DNA of 63,630 bases, the filler included, from Folioceros fuciformis (lineage: Eukaryota), in assembly GCA_049999805.1 (NCBI GenBank). It is 6 parts of 6 records of this genome, joined end to end, with 100 filler letters (N's around TTAATTAATTAA, not from the genome) between each part and the next. Parts side by side here need not be neighbours in the genome. Positions count along the whole stretch, not along the records: positions 21,524 to 25,865 come from JBNGIO010001020.1; positions 25,966 to 29,843 come from JBNGIO010001021.1; positions 29,944 to 51,621 come from JBNGIO010001022.1; 3 more parts are not named here. One strand, 5' to 3'. Position numbers and translations under genes: made by a program. The notes under the pieces are model-generated. The model did not search any database. It was given only the letters and a program-made list of their open reading frames with translations, and was not told where the DNA came from. Position 1 is the first letter of the stretch; each line of letters begins with the position of its first letter. Shown here in pieces: positions 24,501-36,443 of this stretch.

Positions 24501-25865
24501 CAGCCAACCTACTGGTTGGCTAGATCCGGCGGCGGAAGCCAGGCGGATCTGGCAGGCCCCCCTTGCTAGCCTGCCTACTTGCTCGATTCCCCTGGCTATC
24601 ACCTACTTGCCCAGGCCGACTGGCCAGAGACCGCTAGCTGGTCTTCGGCCTTCAGATCCAGCCATCAGTCCTTCCCCGGCCTTGCTGCTGCTGGGCTGGG
24701 CTGGCTGCCTCATCGGATCTGCCCACCGCTAGTCCACCCGCAGCCGCATCCAGCCGGTCAGCCCAGCCAGTCGCATAGCCGGGCCTCCATTGGCCCAGCC
24801 TGGAGGGTGGCCCAGCCACCCTCCAGGCCGGCCTGCCCTCCTGGATCTGGCCGACCACCTGCCATGACCGTCCCATCCAAGCAACCAGCTTGCTGGCCCG
24901 CCTGCCTTCGTCTTGGTCTGCCCCTGTGGATCGGTCCAGCTCCTGGATCGCCTGACCCCGGCTGCCTACCCACTTTCCCCCACCCGGCTGCTGCTGGCCC
25001 GGCCACCTAGCCGCCAACAAGCCGAGCTAGCTGTCCCCCCCACAGCAGTTGCTGATCCAGCTCCCACTGTCTTGTTGTTGCCTGGTTAGGTCTGGCGCTT
25101 GCAGCGGCTACTTGCCTGCCTGCAGCCGGACAGGGCTGCCAACCGCCGTCTCGGGCTGGCTGCTTCCTGCCCAGCCAGCCCCTATCTAGCCCATCCTCGA
25201 CCAGCCAGCCCGTCTACTGGCTGGCTAGATTCGGCTGCCTTGCCTGGAGCCGCCCTACGGTCACCCGGCCTGTTGAATCTTGCGTGGGCTTGGAGCCAAC
25301 AATTCGTCCTCCCGTCAGGATCCATCCCAGCAGCAGGCCAGCCCGCCTATCGGCCAGGATCCTCAGCCCCGGCCACCTAGCCGAAGGCCAGGACAGGCCT
25401 AGGCACCCTCTATGCCCAACCGCCTTCCGCACGCTCCCAAGGCCCCAACTCACCCTCACACGCCCGACTTAGGGTTCCACACACGCCGGCGTCCCTTTCC
25501 ACAGGCACACCCTACCCCCTACTTTACATTTTCCACGGCCACGGGTTAGCTAGACGATTGTTGTCTTTCTAAACTGCACCACCACTATCTTTTAATCATC
25601 CTGTTTAATCTAGCCTTATCTAACATAGTTTCCTAATTACCTCTCCAAGGAATTCTATCAAAACTAAAAAAACAAAAACAAATACCACCCATTTTCTAAG
25701 AGGCCTATCTACCATGTGGTCTCCACATAACTCAAGAGGTTTACTTTTGTGTTTACCTCTTGCTCCATGTGGTGACTTCGTTTGTTTCCCATACTGTGAA
25801 CCTCCAAAGTTTGGGGTAGTAGTTTGTTTTGGTTGAAAAAGGGTTAATAGTGGTATGGTTTGGTT
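21524..25865 (-). mobile_element. Probable LTR-retroelement fragment (leader, PBS-like site, long GC-rich repetitive terminal region)
   Basis: PBS-like GAGTATCAGAGGC on the minus strand at ~22015-22027; 41-bp tandem duplication at 21641-21722; degenerate (A)CCCTAA motifs at 22096-22150; 2.6 kb of simple GC-rich motifs. No recognisable pol domain, so the call is tentative. Confidence 0.4.
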
Positions 25866-25965
25866 NNNNNNNNNNNNNNNNNNNNNNNNNNNNNNNNNNN
25901 NNNNNNNNNTTAATTAATTAANNNNNNNNNNNNNNNNNNNNNNNNNNNNNNNNNNNNNNNNNNNN
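25866..25965. other. Artificial contig spacer
   Basis: 44 N + TTAATTAATTAA + 44 N. Confidence 0.99.
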
Positions 25966-26008
25966 GGGTTGCGCCCTTCGAGATTTGCGTGAGCGGAATT
26001 GCGGCAGT

Positions 26009-26323
26009 ATGGGAGCGGCGATGCAAAGAGTGGCGCTGATCTTGCTTTTCGCGCACCTGTTGGTGTGCGGGAGCGCGCTTGAGAGCCGGAGGTTGCTGAG
26101 GCGAGGATGTCCCTGCGGGGACGTGTATGTGGTGAAGGACGGAGAGACGCTGCAGAGCATCAGCGAGAAGTGCAACGATCCGTTTCTGCTCGTGGACAAT
26201 CCGCAGATAGAGGAGGCGGATGACCTGTCTGCAGGCGTCGTGCTCAAAGTGCAATGCTCGCAGAAAGGCATCAGCTTGTGCGACTTCGCAGGCCTGCTGC
26301 CGGCCAAGCTCTGCCAAAGCTGA
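26009..26323 (+). CDS. Small secreted single-LysM-domain protein (LysMe-like)
   Basis: Hydrophobic signal peptide (MQRVALILLFAHLLVCGSA) and LysM domain CGDVYVVKDGETLQSISEKCNDPFLLVDNPQIEEADDLSAGVVLKVQC. Intronless. ATG at 26009 or 26021. Confidence 0.9.
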   Translation: MGAAMQRVALILLFAHLLVCGSALESRRLLRRGCPCGDVYVVKDGETLQSISEKCNDPFLLVDNPQIEEADDLSAGVVLKVQCSQKGISLCDFAGLLPAKLCQS

Positions 26324-29180
26324 AGTGCTTCATCAGTAATAACATTGGATGGAGAGGCGCCGTCGAGGTTTTGTTGAATTAGGCGTCAGGAACGTGGATG
26401 TACCGAGCTCGCTGATCGGCCTGTCTGTGCGGTAGGAAATAATTGCTCGTAGGTAGCAGGTCAAGCTCCTCTTGCAAATCTGCACAGGTGTCCTCAGGAA
26501 GTTGGGAATTTTCCGATTTGCTTGCCACCAGTTTTCAGCACTTGCAGGCGCTTGACAGTGTACACCGGGCCCGGGATGTCCCCGATCGGAGGCTGATTCG
26601 ACTGAGGCTGACATAGATAATCGCAGAGTGACATCCCTGTGATGTTCCTGCTGCAAGTGAGGCCGACACGGATTCCGTGCCTTCGGTGCCTCCTCTTATG
26701 TTAGGTTATCCAGTACCAGACTGAACACAAGACACGTAGAGGACGCTGTACATAGAACAGGCTTGTCTACAGGATCACATTCCATGTAGAGCTTGTACAG
26801 TGGTGAGTATATTTATTGAGCCCGGCATGTCCTTCATGCCTGTGGCCCCTCTGCAACAGTAGTGGAATTTTTTGAAGCTTTGCAATTTGTTTCAAACATT
26901 TCTCTTTCCATAGATTCCTCAACATTAGGCATCACAGGGTGCCTGCCCTTAACTAACTCTGCTTCGAATTTCGCTTCCGGCTGTAGCAGCTTCGAATCCT
27001 GCAGCAGCCGGCTCTTAGGGATTCAGTCCTTACTCACAAAGACGCCCAAAAAGGTCATATTGATTCCCCTCTGCAATGGTCTATGGAGCTCGCGAGTCGG
27101 TCATCACCGCGTTCTGTACGTAGGTAGGTACATGTATGTGGTAGGTCTGCGAGTCAATGTGCCAGCGTCAACTAGAAGTGCCGACTGCTTGACATGGTGT
27201 GGGCCAGACAGCTTTGTCTGTAAGTGCAACCGTCGCCCACGACCCCTTTGAAGCCCTGTTCGCACTGACGAGGACCTCTATCCGTCAAAGACCAGCGTAT
27301 GACCCTAAAAGCGGGTGACGATCAATGCTTTTATCTTGGGTCAATTTTTTAAAATTTCATTGTATCTTCTTTAAGACCGGTATTAAAGAAAAAAAAAACC
27401 CGAGATGTAGCTTGGGTGCCGGGGATTGTTCCCCTCTCCTCCATACATGAACCCCAAGTACAAATGTAGCATTGGTGCCCAAGATGGCTCCCTCTTCTTT
27501 CTTCATAACCCTAAGGGCCAAGTCCCTTTCCTCCATACCTTAGATGGATGTGCCAAGCATAGATGTAGATCAGGCGCCAAGGATTGTTCCCTCTCCTCCA
27601 TATATTAACAAATATATATCTTAGTCTAAATGAACATATATTTATAAGAACTCTAGGATTGAATTTGTCATGAAAGAAACATCTTGGAGACATCGCATTT
27701 GTTGAAATGCCAAGGAGATGGTCTTCACATTTGCAGAAATGCTTAGGAGATGGGCTTTGCATTTGCGGAAATGCCTGGGATTGGGCTCGGACCAAGCCTT
27801 TCTTTTTTGTGTTGCAAGCACACCTCCAACAAGCTCTTACACAAGTGCACGAAAGGGGTACTCCCCTGCTATTCCATCAAATTTAAACCAGCACAAGCCT
27901 ATATAGCCAATGTCTCCAATGTCTCCAAGCCTGTATAGCCAATGCCTCCATCATCTTTCCAGCCTTGCACAGCATCTCAACTTGCTGTGCATGATCCGCA
28001 CATCGAGGTTGGACTCTGTTACCAACCAACGGACAAAATATGTCTACAGAGTAGAGGAGGTGAGGAGCATAAAATTCTGTACACAAACAAAAAATAAAAA
28101 CGAAGACCTTACAGACAACAACCACAAACCACCTAGAAGGAAGAGAATGAACAACAGCAACTGAGCTTGTAGCATTGCAAGAAAGCATTCACGAAGTGAA
28201 TAGTTCTTATGAGAAGCTAGCAACAGCCCTATTTGGAACCATTCACAATACAAACCTTTGCAAGCAATTCAAGACATGCCATGCCTTCTCGATTTGCCCC
28301 ATTTCGTCTGTTGCTCTTACACTACTAACTACTATGCATTAGGAAGATGAGAACCAATGTATGTTTCGCCTTGCCCTACAATTTCATCACTGCCTGCCCG
28401 CACAGAATATCGATGCTCGGTCCGATGCCTGAATCATGGAAGCCCACATCAAGGCGTCCATCCATGGTAGCTCATAGCTTGCTTGCGAATAAGCAAGCAC
28501 CAGCACTGCATCCTCCAATAGCCCACGTCAAGTGTGCAGTTGGATGAGGGGGTGTGTTCCAAATCTTGTATTCTGAAGACTACAACAATCAAGCCTTCCT
28601 CTTGTATGCAACCTATGGCACAACACATAGCATCAGACTATTGACGGAAATTTCCATCCTCATTGAATGCTGAACCAAGAGGTCCAAGGTCGCATTCCTC
28701 TCTTTGGCTTACTACAAGTTTTAACTAGGGTTGAGATGCCTTCACACTTGGGTAGCCCCCTAGGTTCCAGACAATGACATCCAATTCGTCTCATAGATCA
28801 AGCTAGATAGGAGATGACAGCTACGAATACGTGAGAAGGCTTATATCAATAACAACAACCCGACACCAACTTACTAAAGTGAAGAAGGGAGTGGCCAACC
28901 TATTTCACACCGACCCCATCTCTAGTTAGCCCGTCATCACTGCGAGGAGGAGCAGCACAACGCCAAACATTTGCTCTCAGCTGTAGTAAGTAGTAATGGA
29001 TTGGAAAGTGTTGAATAATGAGTTTTTGTGGTAAAAATATATATGTATATTAATTTAAGGGTTGGTCACCCCATATACATACAAATTTAGTTATAAATAT
29101 ATGTAAGTGCATGCTGAGTTTAGGTGATCTTAGGGATTTCAAAGGTTCAGATGGTAAAAGGCAAGATCTCATAATACATG

Positions 29181-29289
29181 AAACCCCTTCTCGCCTAAAC
29201 CTTTGAGCTTAACACGAAGAGGATGAAGTTAAATAAACCCCCTTTTCGCCTAAACCTCTGAGCTTAACACGAAGAGGATACAGTTAAAT
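29181..29289. repeat. Two-copy tandem duplication (~54 bp) in AT-rich, probably TE-derived DNA
   Basis: aaacccc..tcgcctaaacct.tgagcttaacacgaagaggat..agttaaata occurs at 29181 and 29235. Confidence 0.85.
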
Positions 29290-29843
29290 AATTCATTATA
29301 GTAGAACAAATAGCAAACGAAGACTTACTAGTAAAGTTATAACAATTTACTTGATTAGAGATAACAAAGCTATAAGTCCAAGCACAAAGCAGATCAAGGC
29401 TTTCATTCGAACAAAGCATTGCATGGAGAATCGTATAGAAACCTTATAGACCAGGGAGAATCTTATAAACAACCTTAAACATCACTTAACTCTTATTAAT
29501 ACTTCATGGCTTACTATTTCATACATGATTTTTCTTACTCCTTTGGTGTTTTAAAAGAGCTCAACAACTCAACAACCTTTAGTGTTTTAAAAGACACATT
29601 GAAGCTGAGTTGAAATGTCACAAAGTTTCAACCACATATTTTTGCTTATTAAAGCACAATGCTACACTTTGAAAATCATTTTTTCTCTTGAAAAGTTCAA
29701 ATACAATAATTTTACACCATTTTGTAGAGCTCAAGAAGATTTAAAACCAAAACTAGATAATTTCTCTCATTAATAATATCTAAATAATATTATTATATAA
29801 ATATATTAATGTAAAATAAAGATAAATAAAATATAATAACATA

Positions 29844-29943
29844 NNNNNNNNNNNNNNNNNNNNNNNNNNNNNNNNNNNNNNNNNNNNTTAATTAATTAAN
29901 NNNNNNNNNNNNNNNNNNNNNNNNNNNNNNNNNNNNNNNNNNN
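29844..29943. other. Artificial contig spacer
   Basis: 44 N + TTAATTAATTAA + 44 N. Confidence 0.99.
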
Positions 29944-30416
29944 CAGTCCTGCAGTCTCGGTGGGAGCTCTGCAGTCAAGCCTGTCAGACAGTCCGATCTG
30001 TAGACCCTTGTCACGCGAGTTGCCAGTTCCAGGCCTCATTAAATGCAGGCCTGCGGTCAGTCACGCCACCAACGGACACAGAAGTCTGCCTTCAACCCAG
30101 TCGCCTTGAATTTGTAACGCGTTTGCACGACTCGTTCTTCCAGTTAAAAAAACCGAGATACAGCATACACATACATATAACTGTATATTCCAAATAACCC
30201 CGTTAAAAAATTTAAAACAAGCAGCGCTGCACGACTAAGTTCAGCCCACCTTCACTCATGAGTGGATAACGCCTTCGGGAACAGTACCCAGGCTTTTGAA
30301 TTTGTTCCACTTCCTATCATCCTTCATTTATTATTATCATTATAAGGTTCAATTATTTAAAAATATTTATTCAAATATGAACGGAAGTTAAACTTGAGAA
30401 TTTTAAATTTAAATAT

Positions 30417-30890
30417 AGATGACCATGAAATCATCTTGGGCCAACCTTGGTCCATTCTAAATTTGGATGATCATGAAATCATCTTGGGCTTAGACGCCCA
30501 AGATTGGATTAGATACTTAGAGGCCTAGATTGGATTGGATTGATTTGGGGTTAGAGGCCAAGATTGGATTGGATGCTTAGAGGCCTAGATTGGATTGGAT
30601 TGATCTTGGGGTTAGAGGCCAAGATTGGATTGGATGCTTAGAGGCCTAAGATTGGACTGGATTGGATTGGATGATAATGAAATCATCTTGGGCTTAGAAT
30701 GGATAAAGAGGCTAAGAAGGTATGCGGGTCATGGTGGATTGATCCAAGAGGCAGAAAGTCCAAGGTCCTTTCTTCCTCCATACACAAAGAAAAGAAAAGG
30801 TACTTTCTTCCTCCATACAGAGAGAAGAAACTTTTCTTCTTGGATACACAAAGCCAAGAACTTTTCCTCGTCCATACACAAAGAAGAAGC
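30417..30890. repeat. Compound repeat island (GATGA.CATGAAATCATCTTGGGC-like x3; ~61-bp GGATT-rich units; TTCCTCCATACAC-like units)
   Basis: Direct repeats at 30417, 30466 and 30670; units at 30490-30670; purine-rich repeats at 30770-30885. Probably a non-autonomous TE. Confidence 0.7.
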
Positions 30891-31561
30891 ACAAAGTGAG
30901 GGAGAGGAGAGGAAGAGATAAGAATCCCATCCAGTCGGGGCCAAGGGGCAAGAATGGCTGTGGACCTTAAGATATGGAACTGATCCCTTTGGTTGTGTAG
31001 ATGTTGGAGACGTGGTGATAAAAAATCAAGAATCTACGACTTTGATGAATTCTACAACATTTCATGCTCGTCCGCAGGTTCTGTACGTCCAAATGAGGGA
31101 AGGTCCACGGTTAGAATTCCATGTTCTCGGGTTCAACACGGTGGGCAGCTGTCAGCGCCTGCGGCCCTGTGGGTCAGTGATGAATGTAGCTATGTACATA
31201 TAAATCGTGGCCCCATCCACGTTCGACTATTTGCCGCCTTGCCTGTGCTGTGCGTCAGCAAGCCTGCTCCTGCCCCTCCGCCAGCGCTTTCTTGTCCAAC
31301 GCGAATGTCCCCGGATTGGAGGCTTGTGCTGGCGCAGTCGGCTGCATTGCGCGCATTTGCTTCTACATGTTTGGCTCGGTGCGCGTGCGCGCTGGCTCGC
31401 GGCGGGATTTGGATCGGGTTGGTGACTTAGAAGCTGGAGCGGAGGGAGGAAAGATTTTGGTGCGCAGGGCAGGAGTGCTGTGGAGTTTGGTATGTATGGT
31501 TTGAGTTGGAATTTGTGAGCTGTATGTATCGTGCGAAGGACGATTTGAGGCGGCGAGGAAG

Positions 31562-32434
31562 ATGTTGCAAGAATGCGTAGACAATTGTATGAAAATCTGC
31601 ACTTGCGCGGGGCGGCAGGACGCGGACAGCCCGGTTGTGGTGCTGAGGAAAGATGGCCAGGTGTTGGAGTTTCCTAGAAGGATCCGGTGCTCCGAGGTGC
31701 TGGCGCAAAATCCGCACTGCAGAATTTGTCATGCTAGTTCCTTGTTGATGAAGCAGAAGGGGCGGATACTGTCGACTGCGGCCATGTTGGAGCCGGGGGA
31801 GATCTACTTTCTTGTGCCGCAGCCTGGGACGTCTGCAGCCGCCAAGGGGGCCATGGCAAAGGCACCGGATTCCTCTATGCATTTCATGATCCCTAAAGAG
31901 TATTTGGAGAAGATTGCGGGAGATCTGTCTGCTAATTCTGCCAACGGTGCCAGATCTGGTGCTGGCAGGAGGAGGGTGAAGAAGACTGCCGCTAAGGTTC
32001 AGGGGCTGAGGAGGGCCAGGTCGAAAAGCAACTTCGTCTCTTCCTTCGATTCGTCTATGCAGTTTGTCGTCCCCAAGGACATTTTGACTAAATCTGGAGA
32101 AGAGGCTGCTAGCGCTGTTCTTGCTTCCGGTTCAGGACCGGCTGCGGTTCCGACGGGCAGACCTGTGCTGACCAGAAGTGTTTCCGTGGGGAAGGCTAGG
32201 CCTCACATCAGGTTGAAGAGGAACAGGCGCGTCTGGGTGCCGCCTTTGGACACCATCGTTGAAGCGTCAAGCTCTGGCCGATCATCTGTGACCTCCAGGG
32301 GACGCAGCAGATCTTCGGGAAGGTCCTTTGAAGCCTCGTCTTCTCGGGATGCTCACGGGCATGGTTCATCGTTCAGCTCGGTGGACGAGAGTTCAGGAGA
32401 AGGCGAGAAAGCAGCCCTTGACTCACAATCTTGA
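31562..32434 (+). CDS. PADRE/DUF4228 family protein
   Basis: DGQVLEFPRRIRCSEVL, LEPGEIYFLVP and the C-terminal WVPPLDTIVE motif. Single exon, 290 aa. Confidence 0.88.
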   Translation: MLQECVDNCMKICTCAGRQDADSPVVVLRKDGQVLEFPRRIRCSEVLAQNPHCRICHASSLLMKQKGRILSTAAMLEPGEIYFLVPQPGTSAAAKGAMAKAPDSSMHFMIPKEYLEKIAGDLSANSANGARSGAGRRRVKKTAAKVQGLRRARSKSNFVSSFDSSMQFVVPKDILTKSGEEAASAVLASGSGPAAVPTGRPVLTRSVSVGKARPHIRLKRNRRVWVPPLDTIVEASSSGRSSVTSRGRSRSSGRSFEASSSRDAHGHGSSFSSVDESSGEGEKAALDSQS

Positions 32435-33127
32435 TGCTGCTGCTGCCAAAAGGAGATGCTGTGGAAAGAGAGTTGGTTGTTTTGCTTGTTAGTGATCATT
32501 CTGAGTGAAGACGGTCTCATCTCAGTCTGAGGTTGTTGTGCTGGAAGCGGTCGCTTGCCCGGTCGAATTTGCAAGCGGGAGCCTGCTTGTATCTCTTGAC
32601 CTTGCGGCAGCAAGCTTGTCTGGACTTTGAGCTTCCTTTCGACTCTCGTGATGGCCAAATGTTGGCAAGTGGGCAATTGGTTGAAGGAGAGCCGTCGTAA
32701 ACATGTAGGAACTGTACAGTAGCTTGTGTTCTCGTCCTTGTACATTAGTATACGTCTTTAGCTGGAACTACTTTCGGCGAAGGTCAGTTTCTGTCAGCAC
32801 TAGTACTCTCCATTGTGCACCGTGTCTTGGTGTGTTGGAATCATCGGAAAGGTCGGCTTCAGCATTTCAGATTAAAGTTTTTTGGCGCTTGATGATAGTC
32901 CTTTCCAGAAAATGTTACAGAATCTTGGTTTCACGAGTAGGTGCAAAGCTGCTCATGTTTACCCAGAATGTGATGTCAGGGTCTGTTGCACTTCGGAATC
33001 AGGGACAGCACGGTTTACCATGCAGGGGCTTCCATTATGCCGTATGTACAATCAGTGAAAGCAGAAGCTTCTCCGGCTGCCCATCTGGTTACACGCGACT
33101 TGTTCTTCTCTTTTAAACTCGTCTACA

Positions 33128-34022
33128 CTAGCTGCTGCTCTCCATGGCACTCATACGCTTTGTTATGAGATCCACAGCAGCATTAGCTGAAGTGAAAGCT
33201 CCATGGAAGCTTTCCTTGAATGAGAATGTCTCTAGATTGCTAACCATTTCCATGAGTATGTCCCCAATATCAAGCTGCTTTTCCAACAAGCAGTAGTAGA
33301 ACACGGACGCGCAGCGCCGACTGATTTCAGCATTTGCAGGTTCAGGGCAGTACTCGTCATCAAGCCACTGGTGCAAGGCTTTCTTCAGCCACTCGGATTC
33401 CTGCAAGGACCCACATATCAATGACGCAGGTATTGTGCTGCGCTGCCCCGCCTCATCAATTTATCCATCGAGCTCTCTCTCTGCTGCTACCATGCAAAAT
33501 CTTGTCACCTATCCACCAAGAGACCACCCTAGTTCCAGTTGCCTCGCTCAGGCTGCAGATTTAGGACTCAAATGTACATTCACCCAGTGACACAAATCTG
33601 GATGAGGCCTGACCCTAAGCTCGCAAGAACTGTAGCGAGAACAAGCCGAGTCCAAATCTTGGAGCTCAGGAGAAAAGCTGAACACCAAGCTGCGGAAGGA
33701 CGACTCCAGGAAAGTATGAATCGTGTTTGCAGCATACCTTCTCTGCCTCAGCTGGAACGGTCCACGCCTCAGGTACTTGTAGGGATGGTAGCTCGTCAGC
33801 CTCGAATTCCTCCTCCTGTCCTGATGCCACACAGCAGGTGGGCCTTCCTTGAGCTTTCCTTCCACAAGGGTGGATGGAGCGGGGTACTAATTTCTGACTG
33901 CGATGATCTGAAGTCTTCCACGCAATCCGCAAACAGGAGAGTCCTGGGGAAACCGCACCTCGCGTCCTGAGAATTGAGCAGGTGAAGTTAACCAAGTCTC
34001 CACCCTGAGCAGCCAGGGCCAT
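33128..34022 (-). CDS. Conserved plastid-targeted protein of unknown function, 2 exons (34022-33738, 33400-33128)
   Basis: Transit-peptide-like N-terminus, then VPEAWTVPAEAEK|ESEWLKKALHQWLDDEYCPEP...SFKESFHGAFTSANAAVDL, a motif recalled from plant and cyanobacterial hypothetical proteins. Phase-0 GT-AG intron. Confidence 0.8.
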
Positions 34023-34439
34023 AGCACCGCTAAGACCTACAGACCTCAGCAGGGCGAGGGATCCAAGTGGGCAGCGTCGGGCAGTCCGATGCGTCACCTG
34101 GCGTGCGATTATTCTCCCGCAGGAACAGAAGGATGAGGGTACACGACACTATCTTGGGCAGGTGAAGAAGACAACGCCTTCGGGCTGAGATTCACCAGGA
34201 TAAGATTGTACAACGGACAGATGCTGTAGGCAAGAAAAGCGGCTTGTGAAGGACAGATGTTCAAAGGTGACGCAGCGCTACATCAGCAAGCATCAGTTCA
34301 AGGCTGGCAGATTAAACAGATATTTTGCAGCATCGTTTCTTAGGTGCCCAGAAGTTGAGATCTACCCAGTTACCACTTTAGAACGAGTCAGCCTGATTAC
34401 AACCTTGCTGGCGTAACCAGCAGGCTTAAGGCTCACACC

Positions 34440-35919
34440 TCACGTGAATCGGGCCCTATCGTGCGGGGCCGAGTAATCGAAGGGAAACCCAAGAGGAATT
34501 ATGCCATGAGGGTTGATCGTGGGGTGACTGCCGAAGTAGTGCCTCTTGATGTGATCCATATGCACAGTGTCAGCGACGCCATTGGTTTGGTAGATATCTT
34601 TCGTGTAGTTGATCAAATTGGGATACTCCCTGATGAAATGCTTGTTGCACTTGAAATGCGTAACGTAGACCTGCAAGACAGCAATTGAGTCCTCTTGTTC
34701 AATCTCATGTTTCAAACCACCCGCTTTGCTATGCCGTGGTTCAGGAAGAAGGAAGAGAACGAACCTCATCAAACCGGATCAGGGTAACAAACAAACGGAT
34801 GTCTGCCTCTGTCAAGGTATTGCCTACCAGGTACCTCTGTGTCCCCAAAATACTTTCGACTCTCTCCAGTGCATTGAACACATCATGGAAAGCCTGGACG
34901 CAGAGTAAAGCAAAACAAAATCAGTCCGAAACCGCGAGCAGGCAAACCTCCCAAGCAGATTCGGGAAAGGACAGGATGAACACCAACCTCTTCGTAAGGC
35001 TTCTGCTTAGTTGCAAAGCCTGCCCGGTACACACCATTGTTGATGGACGGGTAGACCCACTCATTCACCTCGTCAATCTGCTTCCTCAGTGGCTCCGGAT
35101 ACAGATCCAGTGCTGGGTTCTTGGCTATCTGGTTGAACTCGGAATTGAACATGCGCACGATCTCAGAGCTCTCGTTGTTGACGATGGTGTGCTTCTCCTT
35201 GTCCCACAGGACCTGAGCACGAAGGCATGATGGACATCGAGACGCATCAGCTACAAGCAACTGCAATTCTGGGACAAAACATATGTCGCTCCCTCCACAC
35301 TCACGGGAACAGTGTATCTGCCATTGTAGCTGCGATCGGCTCTGTCATACAGATCCCGAATGCTTTTGGACCCGAAAAGGGGATCCCTATGGGCTTCTGG
35401 TTCCTCGGCTCCAGGATGTGGGAAAACCCACCCGAAGTGCTCGTCATTCTCCTTCGTCCTTTCCCATTTCGCATTTGTGGCCTGCGCAGAGACCATTCAG
35501 TACCATCACCGCTGTCAAAGTGAGGTCCAGCAGCTTACAGTCAGCCCGATGGCGTGCTCCAAACCCTTTAGCTTGATGGCAGCGTAGCACCGCGACGCCC
35601 AGGGGCAGGCATACGAGATGTAGAGATGGTACCGGCCAGCTACAGGGGGGAATTCAGCTCCCTCCTTGCTGGAGATCCAGTTGCGGAAAACAGAGGCCGG
35701 CCGCTTGAACTCCCCATCCTGAAGATCCGACAGTGTGGTTTTCCCTGGAGCCATCTGGGCGGCGGACACGACCCACACACTCCGGCTCTTGCCGCAGCTC
35801 CTCACTGCAAATCCAGAAAGGCCGACTCCAACAAAGCTCTGTAGCCCAGTTCTTAGTCCGACCAACCCAGCTCTGTCCACTCTAAGAAGAGCAGCAGACG
35901 GTGCTGCCAGATTAGACAT
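34440..35919 (-). CDS. GHR: Glutathionyl-hydroquinone reductase (Xi/omega-like GST, YqjG/ECM4 family) with transit peptide
   Basis: [15 protein letters not shown] active site, [32 protein letters not shown] and [15 protein letters not shown] across GT-AG exons. Confidence 0.95.
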
Positions 35920-36268
35920 CCAAGCCGGTATGTACGCCACCACCCTCAACCCCCCTGCTTTTTGTTGGGCACATGCAAAGGTTCCGAATGAGTCGTGGCA
36001 GCTGCTGATTAAATACAAGTGCCATCGGCCGCAGTGAGGCACCACAGGACAAAATGACACTGACAGTGGGGGCCTGGGCCTGTTTTGGAGTGTCTCCTGG
36101 AGGAAGGTGCCGTGGCACCTTCGCCTGGATAATGTTGCTCTTTTCTCAAAAACTGCATGCTGCTGCTCTTTATCCTGTTCATTGCGTTGGGATTGCCCGA
36201 CACTGTGCCGTCGGTTGGCCTGCTCGAGCGAGCGTGATTATGGTTGACTCGATTCGTGTTCCCCACTG

Positions 36269-36277
36269 AAACCCTAA
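36269..36277 (+). promoter_or_regulatory. Telo-box (AAACCCTAA) in the divergent GHR/FAM192A promoter
   Basis: Exact motif match, with a site II-like TGGGCC at ~36075. Function inferred only. Confidence 0.45.
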
Positions 36278-36443
36278 CCTCTTCGTGGACTTGGCAGAAT
36301 GGTAGTTCTCGGATGGGAGATGCCAGACATGCTAGAAACGGAGGATGGTGGGGTGGAAGATTCGGGAGAAATGTGACCTGCTCAGATAGGAGTTGTGCTG
36401 TGAGCAGCATGTGAGCGAGCGGAGTGCAACGGACCGTGTGCCA

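Noticed and set aside
22348-25472. Dozens of Pro/Ala/Gly-rich ORFs
   Set aside because: Expected from high GC low-complexity sequence; there are no domains, and TAG stops are frequent in all frames.
26977-27011. Short hairpin (ccggctg...cagccgg) as tRNA-like or terminator element
   Set aside because: No cloverleaf or A/B boxes, and a stem of this length can occur by chance.
27640-28800. Possible transposase or PPR pseudogene (VEMLCKAGKMMEAL on the minus strand)
   Set aside because: Only one short motif-like match amid many stops, which is not enough to assign without a profile search.
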